A program made the position numbers and the translations under genes. Below are positions 13,664 through 24,319 of a stretch of 64,000 nucleotides of DNA, piece by piece (position 1 is the stretch's first letter; each line of letters starts with the position of its first letter). Origin of the DNA: Octopus vulgaris (Eukaryota); the NCBI GenBank assembly GCA_951406725.2, contig OX597815.1, forward strand, positions 120,032,001-120,096,000. The letters run 5' to 3'. Under the pieces are notes generated by a model that did not search any database, was not told the DNA's origin, and saw nothing but the letters and a program-made list of their open reading frames with translations.

Positions 13664-13755
13664 CTTTCCTGATGAAGGGGACATTGTCAGCATGGTTTGT
13701 AAAATTTCTATAATTTTTCTACCAGAACATAAACTCTAGAAATGGCTGTAGAAAG
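13664..13755 (+). ncRNA. Type I hammerhead ribozyme motif
   Basis: CTTTC-CTGATGA-AGGGG...CTCTA-GAAA-TGGCTG-TA-GAAAG; stem I CTTTC/GAAAG; stem III TGGCTG is consistent with CpG decay of the palindrome CGGCCG. Confidence 0.75.
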
Positions 13756-13849
13756 TAGACTTACTCAAACTGTATCATACACCATTTATATATTTTTAAA
13801 AAATGGATTGAATTTTATGAATCTCTTAACTGGAACTGACGTATTTCTC

Positions 13850-14258
13850 TTCTCTTTTTTTTTCTCTTTTACTTGTTTCACTCATTTGACTGTGGCCATG
13901 CTGGAGCACCGCCTTTAATCGAGCAACTCGACCCCGGGACTTATTCTTTGTATGCCCAGTACTTATTCTATCGGTCTCTTTTTTGCCGAACCGCTAAGTG
14001 ACGGGACGTAAACACACCAGCATCGGTTGTCAAGCGATGCTAAGGGGACAAACACAGACACACAAACACACACATATATATATATACATATATACGACAG
14101 GCTTCTTTCAGTTTCCGTCTACCAAATCCACTCACAAGGCATTGGTCGGCCCGGGGCTATAGCAGAAGACACTTGCCCAAGATGCCACGCAGTGGGACTG
14201 AACCCGGAACCATGTGGTTGGTTAGCAAGCTACTTACCACACAGCCACTCCTGCACCT
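13850..14258 (-). mobile_element. SINE family 1 (OK-like), full-length, CpG-intact
   Basis: GGTGCAGGAGTGGCTGTGTGG head with A/B boxes, CORE-like CTTGGGCAAGTGTC, internal (TA/CA)n, AAAAGAG tail. Confidence 0.9.
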
Positions 14259-15302
14259 ATATTTATATTTTTTTAAATATTCATATATGTCAATATGTAT
14301 TAATATATATATATATACAAATTTCTAGTCGAATTTATGACTGTGTATGAGTATGTAAAAAAAGTTGATTGCCTAATTTGAGTTTATATCTTAATTCTTA
14401 TCTTTTGTCTTGGGTTCGACCCGAACACTTCTTAAGCAGCTCTATATATTTCGTAATGTGTGTGTGTGTGTGTGAGTGTATCTTTGACATGATATTGACA
14501 TAATATTGCAACCAGTGTCCTTTAATCCCAATCTTCTGTAAAAACATGTCTGGCTATAAGGAAATATCACCTTACTTGGAAACAGACAAACAGGGCATCT
14601 GATCATAGAAATGTGCCCCAATAAACTTTCTCTGACCAATGCCAGCATGGAAAGTAAGCATTAAAAAAAATGTGCCTATTTTTGACAAAATTTGATAAAT
14701 TTATTTTTTCTTCAACAAAATGAGATTTAAAATCCTTTGTAAATGTGTTAAACTCTTTTTACCATTTTATCCTTAAAGATTTTTGGCATCTAGCAGTAAA
14801 ACCTAAGACATTAAATAAGGCAAAACTTTATAGCCATTATCTCTCCTTTAATAACAAGTGACTAAAGCAAAAAGTGAAAAATTATGTCATCTTTTATACC
14901 AGATGTTGTATTAGATCAATGTGTTAAATCATTGAGAATTTCTTGCACCTCCTCTCATTTATGTTTAGTTTAAATCTGTCACAGCTTCTGTTACTTTCAC
15001 GAGAATATATGAATTGTAACATGAGACTTATTAACAATTGTACAAATTCTCTGAAAGAAAGCTCATATTTTAAATTACTTGAAATACCAGTAATAATGAT
15101 ATTATTCTATAAGGATTGTTGAATAATGTCAATGGTAGAAACAGTACTTCGAATCTAAATTATTCATAGATAATTAAAAATTCACAGGCTATTGAAAATT
15201 AACACAGAAATAGTTTAGTATTTAGTCTGTAGAGATTAATAAAAAAAATAGCAAATGAAATGAGATGCAAATTGGTGCTTTTAGCACTAGGTTAACTCTG
15301 AT

Positions 15303-15597
15303 TCAAAAGATACTTGATTTATGACCATCCTGCATTTTTATCAATTGAGGATTGCCTTGTTCAATATTGCATTCTTTAAGATAATAATTATGATTTAATA
15401 CAGATTTTCCTGGATGAGTGACCATATTATGGTTGTTCATATACTTGGGATATATGTTAAAAGTTGATAAGGCACTGGGGCTAAATGCCTCAGCATATGC
15501 AATTTCAGTTCCTTGTATTGTGAGTTCCACATTTATCAGAGTTGACTTTGTTTCTATGTTTTTTGCCTCTCCAAAACAGATTAGTGCCAGAAATATC
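15303..15597 (-). CDS. Possible coding exon of an unidentified gene
   Basis: Non-repetitive stop-free frame of about 130 codons (15692 to 15303); pyrimidine tract plus TAG acceptor at 15598; IFLALICFGEAKNIETKSTLINVELTIQG...SSIF*; no recognised domain. Confidence 0.25.
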
Positions 15598-15786
15598 CTA
15601 TGCAGAAGAATTAAGTAAGAGAAACTGAAGAAATAAAATAATCTTCGATTCTCGAATATTCTGGAATACTTGTTGATATCTGCCAGTTTAAGTTAGGTAA
15701 TGTGTATGTTTACTATAAAAATATTAACTTTCTTTACATAATCATAAACATACATACATACATACATACATACATACATACATACA

Positions 15787-15822
<36 letters not shown>

Positions 15823-15839
15823 TGTGTGCGTGTGTGTGT

Positions 15840-17075
15840 GTGGCAGATACTCAGGAGCAATAAACACTGAAAATGTGCAGAGAACAACTTCCGCCACATT
15901 CCAGGGAGAAAAACTAGTAGTTGATGGCTTCAGTTACCTAGGTGACCAAATCAGTAGCTGGGGAGGGTGTGCCAAAAGTGTAGCTGCTAGAATAAGAAAA
16001 GCCTGGGCAAAGTTCAGAGAGCTCTTACCTCTGCTGGTGACAAAGGGCTTCTCGCTCAGAGTAAAAGGTAGACTGTATGATGCATGTGTACAAACAGCCA
16101 TGCTACATGGCAGTGAAACATGGGCTGTGACTGCTGAGGACATGCGTAAGCTCATAAGGAATGAAGCCAGTATGCTTCGATGGATGTGTAATGTCAGTGT
16201 GCATACTCAACAGAGTGTAAGTACCTTGAGAGAAAAGTTGGACCTAAGAAGCATCAGATGTGGTGTGCAAGAGAGACGACTGCACTGGTATGGTCATGTT
16301 GTGAGAATGGATGAGGATAGCTGTGTGAAAAAGTGCTACACCCTAGCCGTTGAGGGAACCTGTGGAAGAGGTAGACCCAGGAAGACCTGAGATGAAGTGG
16401 TGAAGCAAGACCTTCAAACATTAGGCCTCACCGAGGCAATGACTAGTTACCGAGACCTTTGGAAATATGCTGTGCTTGGGAAGACCTGGCAAGCCAAATG
16501 AGACCATAACCTCATGGCCTATACCAGGGTGTAACCTGCCCACAAATGTGTATCTTTCCTTCATTGGACGCTAAACTCTGCTTGCAAAGACCTGTTGAGG
16601 CAAGTGAAATCGAAATCGAAATCAAATTCGATGACTGGCATCCGTGCTAGTGGAGCACTAAGAGCACCATCCGAGCGTGATCGTTGCCAGAGCGGCTAAC
16701 TGGTTTCCATGCCGGTGGCATGTAAAAAGCACCATTCATGCATGATCATTACCAGCGTTGCCTTACTGGCACGTGAAAAAACATTCAAGCAAGGTCATTG
16801 CCAGTGCCACTGAAATGGCTCCTGTGCAGGTGGCATGTAAAAACACCATATGAGTGTGGCCGTTGCCAGTACTGCCTGACTGGCCCTCATGCTGGTGGCA
16901 TGTAAAAGCACCCACTACACTATTGGAGTTGTTGCCATTAGGAAGGGCATCCAGCTGTAGAAACTCTGCCAGATCAAGACTGGAGCCTAGTGCAGCCATC
17001 TGGTTCACCAGTCCTCAGTCAACTCGTCCAACCCATGCTAGCATGGAAAGCAGACATTAAATGATGATGATGATG
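15840..17075 (+). mobile_element. RTE-clade LINE 3' end (ORF end, 3' UTR with tandem units, (GAT)n tail)
   Basis: ORF 15824-16390: FSYLGDQ, LHGSETW, ERRLHWYGHVVRM, RGRPRKT; followed by repeated GGTGGCATGTAAAAAGCACC units and (GAT)n. Confidence 0.92.
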
Positions 17076-17210
17076 GTGCTTTTTACATGCCACTGGCACG
17101 AGGCCAGTCGGGGCGGCGCTGGCAACGGCCACGTTCGGATGGTTCTCTTACGTGCCACCGGCACTTATTATCTCAGCTGCAATTTCCATTGATCGATTTC
17201 GATAAACATA

Positions 17211-17359
<149 letters not shown>

Positions 17360-17419
17360 GAATAGATAAGTAGGTATATGTACAATATATATACATTATA
17401 TAATACACACATACAATAT

Positions 17420-17832
17420 TCTTTTATTCTTTCTTTTCTTCTTTTACCTGTTTCAGTCATTTGACTGTAGCCATGCTGTAGCACCGCCTTTAATTGAGCA
17501 AATTGACCCCAGGACTTATTCTTTGTAAGCTTAGTACTTATTCTATTGGTCTCTGCTAATGTTATGGGAATGTAAACACACCAGCATCGGTTGTCAACCG
17601 ATGTTGGAGAGACAAACACAGATACACAAAAATATACACACATACATACATATATATATATATATACACGACAGGTTTCTTTCAGTTTCTGTCTACCAAA
17701 TCCACTCACAAGGATTTGGTCGGCCTGAACCTATAGTAGAAGACACTTGCCCAAAGTGCCATGCGGTGAGACTGAACTCAGAACCATGTGGTTGGTAAGC
17801 AAGCTACTTATCACATAGCCACTCCTACACCT
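17420..17832 (-). mobile_element. SINE family 1, full-length
   Basis: Same head, body and tail as 13850-14258. Confidence 0.88.
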
Positions 17833-17861
17833 ATATTATATAATAAATACATCATACATAT

Positions 17862-17917
<56 letters not shown>

Positions 17918-17947
17918 AAGTGAGAGAGAGTGAGAGAGAGAGAGAGA

Positions 17948-18485
17948 GAATATGAGGAGCTTAGTTCACTGGTGATCTAAATGAATAGGTACACTGAGTA
18001 AGTGCTACGATTGGTCATCTTTTAGGTTCCAGGTTTACAGGTGACGCTGGAACTGGGGATCACGTTAGCAGGTATATATTAGAGGAAAAATACAGCAAAA
18101 ACCAAGGCAGGACAAATATTTCAAGTCATTTATAATTTAGGGTGAGGTGAATTTGAAGTCTTACAACTGTTTTTGGGATATCCCAAATGATAGGCTAGCA
18201 TGTCCATACACTGGGTATTCTGTTATCAGAGACAAGGTGAGTATGTAAGAATGTTATAGAAAGTTCTATCTTATTTCTTATAAACTGTAAATTTCTCTGT
18301 CTAGAACTTTCATACATACTCATCTTGTCTCTGATGGCACTACCTAGTGTATGGACATGCTAGCCTATCACTTGGGATATCCCAGGAACAACTGTAAGAC
18401 TTCAAATTCACCTTGCCCTATTTAAATTATTCTAAATGATTTCAGATACTCATCTTACCTTGGTTTTTGTTGGCCTTTTTCCTCC
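17948..18485 (-). mobile_element. Palindromic HHR element, family A (decayed copy)
   Basis: Arms about 18080-18268 and 18300-18485 are inverted; tail 17948-18075 is the reverse complement of 24850-24995; degenerate HHRs at 18158-18233 (-) and 18327-18400 (+). Confidence 0.8.
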
Positions 18486-18489
18486 TTTC

Positions 18490-18697
18490 ATCTCATGATG
18501 CAACCACAAGTAAATCGTTGGCGATTTTCTTCCTCTGTCTTCCCTTCTATTGGACTTTCTTCTGTTTCTGAAGAAGAGTATCTGCTCGAAACGTTAAACC
18601 ATCTTTCTTTCCTTTCCTGAGTGTCTGCTAATACTTTACATGTATCATGTTCTCAGGTTGTTGTTTTTTTGTGTTTGTTCTCCTTTTTTGGATTTAC

Positions 18698-18700
<3 letters not shown>
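18490..18700 (+). mobile_element. Short element with a minimal hammerhead (family B), ending at (TA)n
   Basis: Related to 40853-41020 (-) and to the truncated 46905-46960 (-); HHR at 18564-18599. Confidence 0.7.
18564..18599 (+). ncRNA. Minimal type I hammerhead motif
   Basis: GTTT-CTGAAGA-A-GAGTA-tc-TGCTC-GAAA-CG-TT-AAAC; stem I GTTT/AAAC; stem III reduced to CG. Confidence 0.7.
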
Positions 18701-18733
<33 letters not shown>

Positions 18734-19378
18734 TATTCATTTTATATTGAGTTATAATAAAAACAATTTGACATTAAACTAAAGAAGTATTCTATACTTT
18801 TTTGCAGGGGACATGTTTATAATACTTTCACAAGAAGAGGGATGACTGTGATTTAAAAGCTTCAGGCAGATAGCTTTTGAAGACACTGTCACCCATCTTC
18901 TTGTAAAAATGTAATACACACACATGCACACACTCAAACACACACCCACAAACACATACAAGCACACACACATACACCTATATGTGCATTTGTGTGTATA
19001 TGTGTGTATACGTACATGTGTGTGTGTGTGTGTGTGTGTCCGTGTCCTTCCAGCTGAAGTGGTTATTGTCTTGTAAGTTACTCAGTGATCATGTTAGTGC
19101 TGGTGCCATGCAAAAGCACCTGTGTAGGTGTCATGTAAAAAACACCCAGTACACTTTGTAAAGTGGATGGGATCAGGAAAAACATGCAACCATAGAAACC
19201 ATGCCAAAACAGACAACTGGAACCTGGTGCAGTCTTCCAGCTTGTCAGCTCTTACCAAATCATCCAGCTCATGTCAGTATGGAAAACAGAAGTTAAATGA
19301 CAATGATGATGTTAATGACAATGTATATATCTATCTATCAATCTCTCATCCCTCTCTGTCTGTCTGGATGTCTCTGTA

Positions 19379-19445
<67 letters not shown>

Positions 19446-19990
19446 ATGCCTGTGTATGTCTATATATATATATATATATATATGATTCATCCAAACTTTA
19501 ATGCTGTCATTTCCTTCCTGTAAAATTGCAGTATCTGAAGTGACAAGAATGATTAACTATGTGTTTTATTTGGTTAATTGACTATAAGCTTGCTTTTGAA
19601 AATTTTATCATGAGTCTTGTCAAAAGAAATCAGTATCCAGTTGTATATCAACGGACCTTTGCACCCAAGGGCAAAGATGCATTTGGCACCATCTCTCCTT
19701 AATTAACTGGCAAGAGGAAATTTTGAGGGAAGTGGATATTTTGCGACCCTTTCACACCTGCTCTCAAGAACAACTGCCTCGCTTTCCAGTTTTACATAGA
19801 GAGAATCAATACTTATAGGAACAATCATGGTTTTGTGGCTAAAAAGCTCAATTTGTAACCATATGGTTTTGATTTCAGTCCTGCTGCACACTACCTTGGG
19901 TAAGGGCGTTCTACTATAGCTCTGAGCCAACCAGTACCTTGTGAGTGAATTTCATTGATGAAAACTGTGCGGAAGCCTATCACATGTATA

Positions 19991-20024
<34 letters not shown>

Positions 20025-20025
<1 letters not shown>

Positions 20026-20115
20026 TGATCAAAATAAAAACATGATGCGAAGGATTCAGCGGTACATATGTTTCGGGCCTTTATTAGACAGATTTATAAC
20101 AATGCATAATGTATG

Positions 20116-20120
<5 letters not shown>
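20025..20120 (-). mobile_element. 5'-truncated copy of HHR family C inside (TA)n
   Basis: Reverse complement of 30128-30220; retains GGCCC-GAAA-CATATG-TA-CCGC. Confidence 0.8.
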
Positions 20121-20164
<44 letters not shown>

Positions 20165-20182
20165 TATATACATACATATATA

Positions 20183-20892
20183 TACAAAATTTAGAGGACT
20201 GACCACTAAAAGTGGATGGCCTTTATGCTAGATATAGACGTCAAAATAGCTATATTTTCCACAAAGAATGTGTTCTCAAGAAAAACTCAGCAAAAAACCA
20301 AAGTGTAAAAATAAGCAAGACAAATGAAATTATACGAAATAAAAGACAATTACCTTTGTACTAATTAGTTTCCCTTGTTAATATTTACGTATATGGACAC
20401 GTAAGCATCTGCAAGATCATCAGCATAGTCTGTCATTTACAAAACACAATTTCCAGAACTAGATACAGAACGCTCAACCGAAATCCAGCATGTAGAGAGT
20501 TCCACAAATTATATTTACATGTATCTTTCAAATGCCTTCACCTTGGCGTGCTGAGCTTGGAAATTACTCTGCAGTTAATAAACTACAGCAGTCAATTTAC
20601 TGGTTAGAGAACATTTTTTATTTAAAATTAAATAAGGGGAGAAATTGATATTAATCAATTAAAACCAGTGGCCTAGCATATTTAAAAAAATTCTGAAGAA
20701 TAAAATTTTTTTTACATACAAAATTTAGAGGACTGACCACTAAACGTGGACAGCCTATATGCTAGATATAGACGTCAAAATCACTATTTTCCACAAAGAA
20801 TGTGTTCTCAAGACATAAAGTGTAAAATTAAGCAAGACAAATGAAAATATACGAAATAAAAAACGATTACCTATGTACTAATTAGTTTCACT
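20183..20892 (-). mobile_element. Retrozyme-like element: about 1.3 tandem units with HHR-bearing direct repeats
   Basis: 20183-20372 is directly repeated at 20717-20889; complete HHR at 20354-20428 and HHR 3' half at 20871-20889; flanked by (TA)n on both sides; no ORF. Confidence 0.75.
20354..20428 (-). ncRNA. Type I hammerhead ribozyme motif
   Basis: CTATG-CTGATGA-TCTTG..TTACGT..ACGTAA..CAAGG-GAAA-CTAATTAG-TA-CAAAG (CATAG in the second repeat gives a perfect stem I); palindromic stem III. Confidence 0.85.
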
Positions 20893-20929
20893 TTATATAT
20901 ATACATACATACATACATATATATATGCA

Positions 20930-21058
20930 TAGAATATCCAGTGCATGGACATGCTAACCTACCACTTAGGTTATCCCAGAAACGTCTGTAAGACTTCAAA
21001 TTAAATTATTATAAATTATTTGAGATACTCGTTCTGCTTTGGTTTTGATTTTGCCTAT
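20930..21058 (+). mobile_element. 5'-truncated family A HHR element inside (TA)n
   Basis: Matches 24693-24838; retains GGTTATCCCA-GAAA-CGTCTG-TA-AGAC and lacks CTGATGA. Confidence 0.8.
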
Positions 21059-21067
21059 AATATATAT

Positions 21068-21111
<44 letters not shown>

Positions 21112-21139
21112 ACATCAATGGAAATTTGATCAACATCAA

Positions 21140-21545
21140 TGGAAATTGTAGCTGTGATACCAGTGCCGGTGGCACGTAAGCAAATCACCTGAACGTGGCC
21201 GTTACCAGCGCCACCCCGACGGGCCTCCGTGCTGGTGGCACGTAAAAAGCATCATCTGATCATGGCTGTTGCCAGCCTCGCCTGGCCCCCGTGCCAGTGG
21301 CATGTAAAAAGCACCATCTGACTGTGGCCGTTTGCCAGCCCCATCTGGCAACTGTGCCGGTGGCACGTAAAAAGCACCCACTACACTCACGGAGTGGGTG
21401 GCGTTAGGAAGGGCATCCAGCCGTAGAAACATTGCCAGATCAGACTGGGCCTGGTGCAGCGTTCTGGCTTCCCAGACCCCAGTTGAACCGTCTAACCCAT
21501 GCTAGCATGGAAAGCGGACGCTAAATGATGATGATGATGATGATG
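21140..21545 (+). mobile_element. RTE-tail repeat (young, CpG-rich) with four tandem GGTGGCACGTAAAAAGCA units and (GAT)n tail
   Basis: Same module as the RTE 3' UTR at 16650-17075 but without coding sequence. Confidence 0.8.
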
Positions 21546-21914
21546 TATTTATGTATGTATGTATGTATGTATGTATGTATATATATATATATATATGCAC
21601 ATACTTATATTTATGTATGTATACATGTATGTGCATGACTTTGTGTTTGTCCCCCACCACTACTTGACAGCCAGTGCTGGTTGCTTACATTTCCAGGACT
21701 TAACAGTTTAGCAAAACTGACTGATAGAATAAGTACCAAATTTAAAAATAAGTCCTAGGGTTGACTAAAACAAGTAAAAGAAAAGATAGAATATACTACA
21801 TAGTAACTAGACTCATTGCAGTATATTGCTGGTACTTGTATCAGTTCTGAAAATAATGCAAGAGGAAGTGGACATTGAAGAGGTTTGCATTTCAAAAATG
21901 TGAGACATTAATTT

Positions 21915-22540
21915 ATGCGAGAATGAGTGCACTGCTCAATCTTCTGTCTCCTGCCATGCCAGACCATCATCATTGCACAGCACTGTGAGTTTGTCTTCCA
22001 ACAACAACAATGACGGCTGCCCACCTGAAGTGCAGCAGACATGTAATGGTGGAAAGGGGCAGCTATGACACAGGCCAAAGTGGGTGGTAAGCTCCATCCA
22101 AGGCTAAATACAGGTATGAGTCTTAAAGCTGACAAGTACCGCAAGGGAAAGGTGAAAAGAAGTTTGGAGGGAGAAGTCAAGAGACTGTGAAACCACCCAG
22201 GGGTAAATGGGTAGGACCACTCACAGTGATCGTGAAGGGATTCAGTTTGCTGCTTCCCACCGAGGCACTGTTATCACCAACAACTGTGCCACTTGTTCCA
22301 CAGGTAGTTGTCTGCCACCTCATCAGCACTCAATTTCCAGGGCACCTGCATTGGATGCACTTCCCTTCTAATCCGTTGTTGCAACCAGTTCCTGTTGGGT
22401 TGGAAGGTATGCTGTGGTTTCAGGTCACAGGGCAGCACCCCACCACTGATTGCTTCGGTCAACCGGCAATGGGACCCCCACACTTCTCTTGACTGGGCCT
22501 GTCACTCCTCAAATGCAGGCATGGCTAAACAATGAGGACA
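21915..22540 (+). pseudogene. Dispersed, decayed 28S rRNA fragment (5' domain, D1-D2)
   Basis: GGTGGTAAGCTCCATCCAAGGCTAAATA...ACAAGTACCGCAAGGGAAAGGTGAAAAGAAGTTTG...GTGAAACC matches the conserved LSU core; strong CpG-to-TpG decay. Confidence 0.88.
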
Positions 22541-23140
22541 GGCTAACAAGCCTTGCCCTCAACAAACACAATGCAAACCTAGATCCAGAATTTTTTACAA
22601 ACAGGTTTGACTTTAATCAATTTTGATATGAGTACAAAAGTGTAATAGAAATTATTATCATTATGATATTTGTGCATCAACTAAAATCAGATAAATCTAA
22701 TAATGGAAAAGTAATGTTTCAAATCAGTCCAAAAATATTTCTATGCTTGTTTGGTTTGGAGATGAAGTTTTCCAGCAAGGATGTTCAAAGCATTCTCATT
22801 GCCCTCCTACAAATTTTAGCGGGTGCATTTGCACTATCTGTACCCACAGTTCCTGAGCCTAAGTTAATCTTTCCACTGTTTGTTCTGGGTTCAAATCTTG
22901 CCAAAGTCAGTTTTGCCTTTTATCCTTCTGGGGTTGATAAATAAAGAACCAATCAAGGGTGGTGGGCCGGTAGAAATATTAACGTAGGAGTAGCTGTGTG
23001 GTAAGTAGCTTGCTTACGAAGCACATGGCTCCGGGTTTAGTCCCACAGCGTGGCATCTTGGGCAAGTGTCTTCTACTATAGCCTCGGGCCGACCAAAGCC
23101 TTGTGAGTGGATTTAGTAGACGGAAACTGAAAGAAGTCCG

Positions 23141-23171
<31 letters not shown>

Positions 23172-23173
<2 letters not shown>

Positions 23174-23579
23174 CTTTTACTTGTTTCAGTCATTTGACTG
23201 TGGCCATGCTGAAGCACCGCCTCTAGTCGAGCAAATCGACCCCAGGACTTATTCTTTGTAAGCCTAGTACTTATTCTATTGGTTTCTTTTGCTGAACCGC
23301 TAAGTTATGGGAACATAAACACACCAGCATCGGTTGTCAAGCGATGTTGGGGGAGGGGGACAAGCACAGACACTGAAACATATACACACAAATACATATA
23401 TATATATACATATATACAACAGGCTTCTTTCAGTTTCCGTCTACCAAATCCACTCACAAGGCTTTGGTCGGCCCGAGGCTACAGTAGAAGACACTTGCCC
23501 AAAGTGCCACACAGTAGGACTGAACCCTGAACCATGAGGTTGGTAAACAAGCTACATACCACACAGCCACTCCTGCGCC
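23172..23579 (-). mobile_element. SINE family 1, full-length, fused to the 18S fragment
   Basis: Starts GGCGCAGGAGTGGCTG at 23579; tail at 23172. Confidence 0.9.
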
Positions 23580-23580
23580 T

Positions 23581-23989
23581 TAATATTTGCGCCGTGACCA
23601 ATGTGGAAGGCCAATCGTATTTTCGCAACCGGAAGGGGCGAGTGTGGGTACACCGCCCTGTACCGGCTGAGCGGACACCGGCGGCGAATGGTGGCGACGC
23701 CGCGAGGACACGGCGAATGGTGGCGACGTCGCGAGGACATGGCGGCTGCCAAACGCCGTTTTCGAGCCCGTCGCTCAGGTGCAACCTGTGATCATGGCTT
23801 TGGTTGCATGTATTAGCTCTAGAATTGCCACAGTTACCCACTCTCCTTGCGGTGAGGAATAAGGTCCCGAGGATTAGGTCCGGTTCCTGAGTCATTTGTG
23901 GTTTTACCATTCGTTTACGGCATGAACTTACACTTGCATGGCTTAAGCTTTGAGACAAGCATATGACTACTGGCAGGATCAACCAGGTT
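23581..23989 (-). pseudogene. 18S rRNA 5'-terminal fragment (about nt 1-410)
   Basis: Starts AACCTGGTTGATCCTGCCAGTAGTCATATGCTTGTCTCAAAG (mature 18S 5' end); contains TAACTGTGGCAATTCTAGAGCTAATACATGC; GC-rich V2 expansion; ends GGCGCAAATATTA. Confidence 0.93.
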
Positions 23990-24011
23990 GATCAACATAT
24001 ATATATATACA

Positions 24012-24058
<47 letters not shown>

Positions 24059-24319
24059 CTGTGTTTGTCCCCCTAACATCACTTGACAACCGATGCTTGT
24101 GTGTTTACATCCCCGTAACTTAACAGTTTGCCAAAAGAGACCGATAGAATAAGTACTAGGCTTACAAAGAATAAGTCCTGGGGTCAATTTGCTCGATTGA
24201 AACAAGTAAAAGAGTAAAAGAGAGAATAAAGAGTAAACAGAAAATTCGTAATTATATTTCTTATCAGTCAACATCAAAACATTCTTACAGTTTTGTACTT
24301 TTAATGACATATATATATA

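Larger units (their letters stand above)
13193..14445 (+). mobile_element. Palindromic PLE-type non-autonomous element carrying an HHR, interrupted by a SINE
   Basis: 13475-13625 is inverted at 13678-13832, and 13195-13335 is inverted at 14260-14402; the plus arm has an extra ~40-nt tail ending at TATA; SINE inserted at 13850-14258. Confidence 0.75.
22985..24235 (+). mobile_element. SINE family 1 host copy split at its internal (TA)n (5' half 22985-23145, 3' half 24050-24235)
   Basis: The two halves are colinear and in the same orientation, with a minus-strand insertion between them. Confidence 0.8.

Noticed and set aside
21160-21380. CRISPR-like regularly spaced repeats
   Set aside because: The spacers are homologous to each other, the context is eukaryotic with no cas genes, and it is the RTE-tail tandem module.
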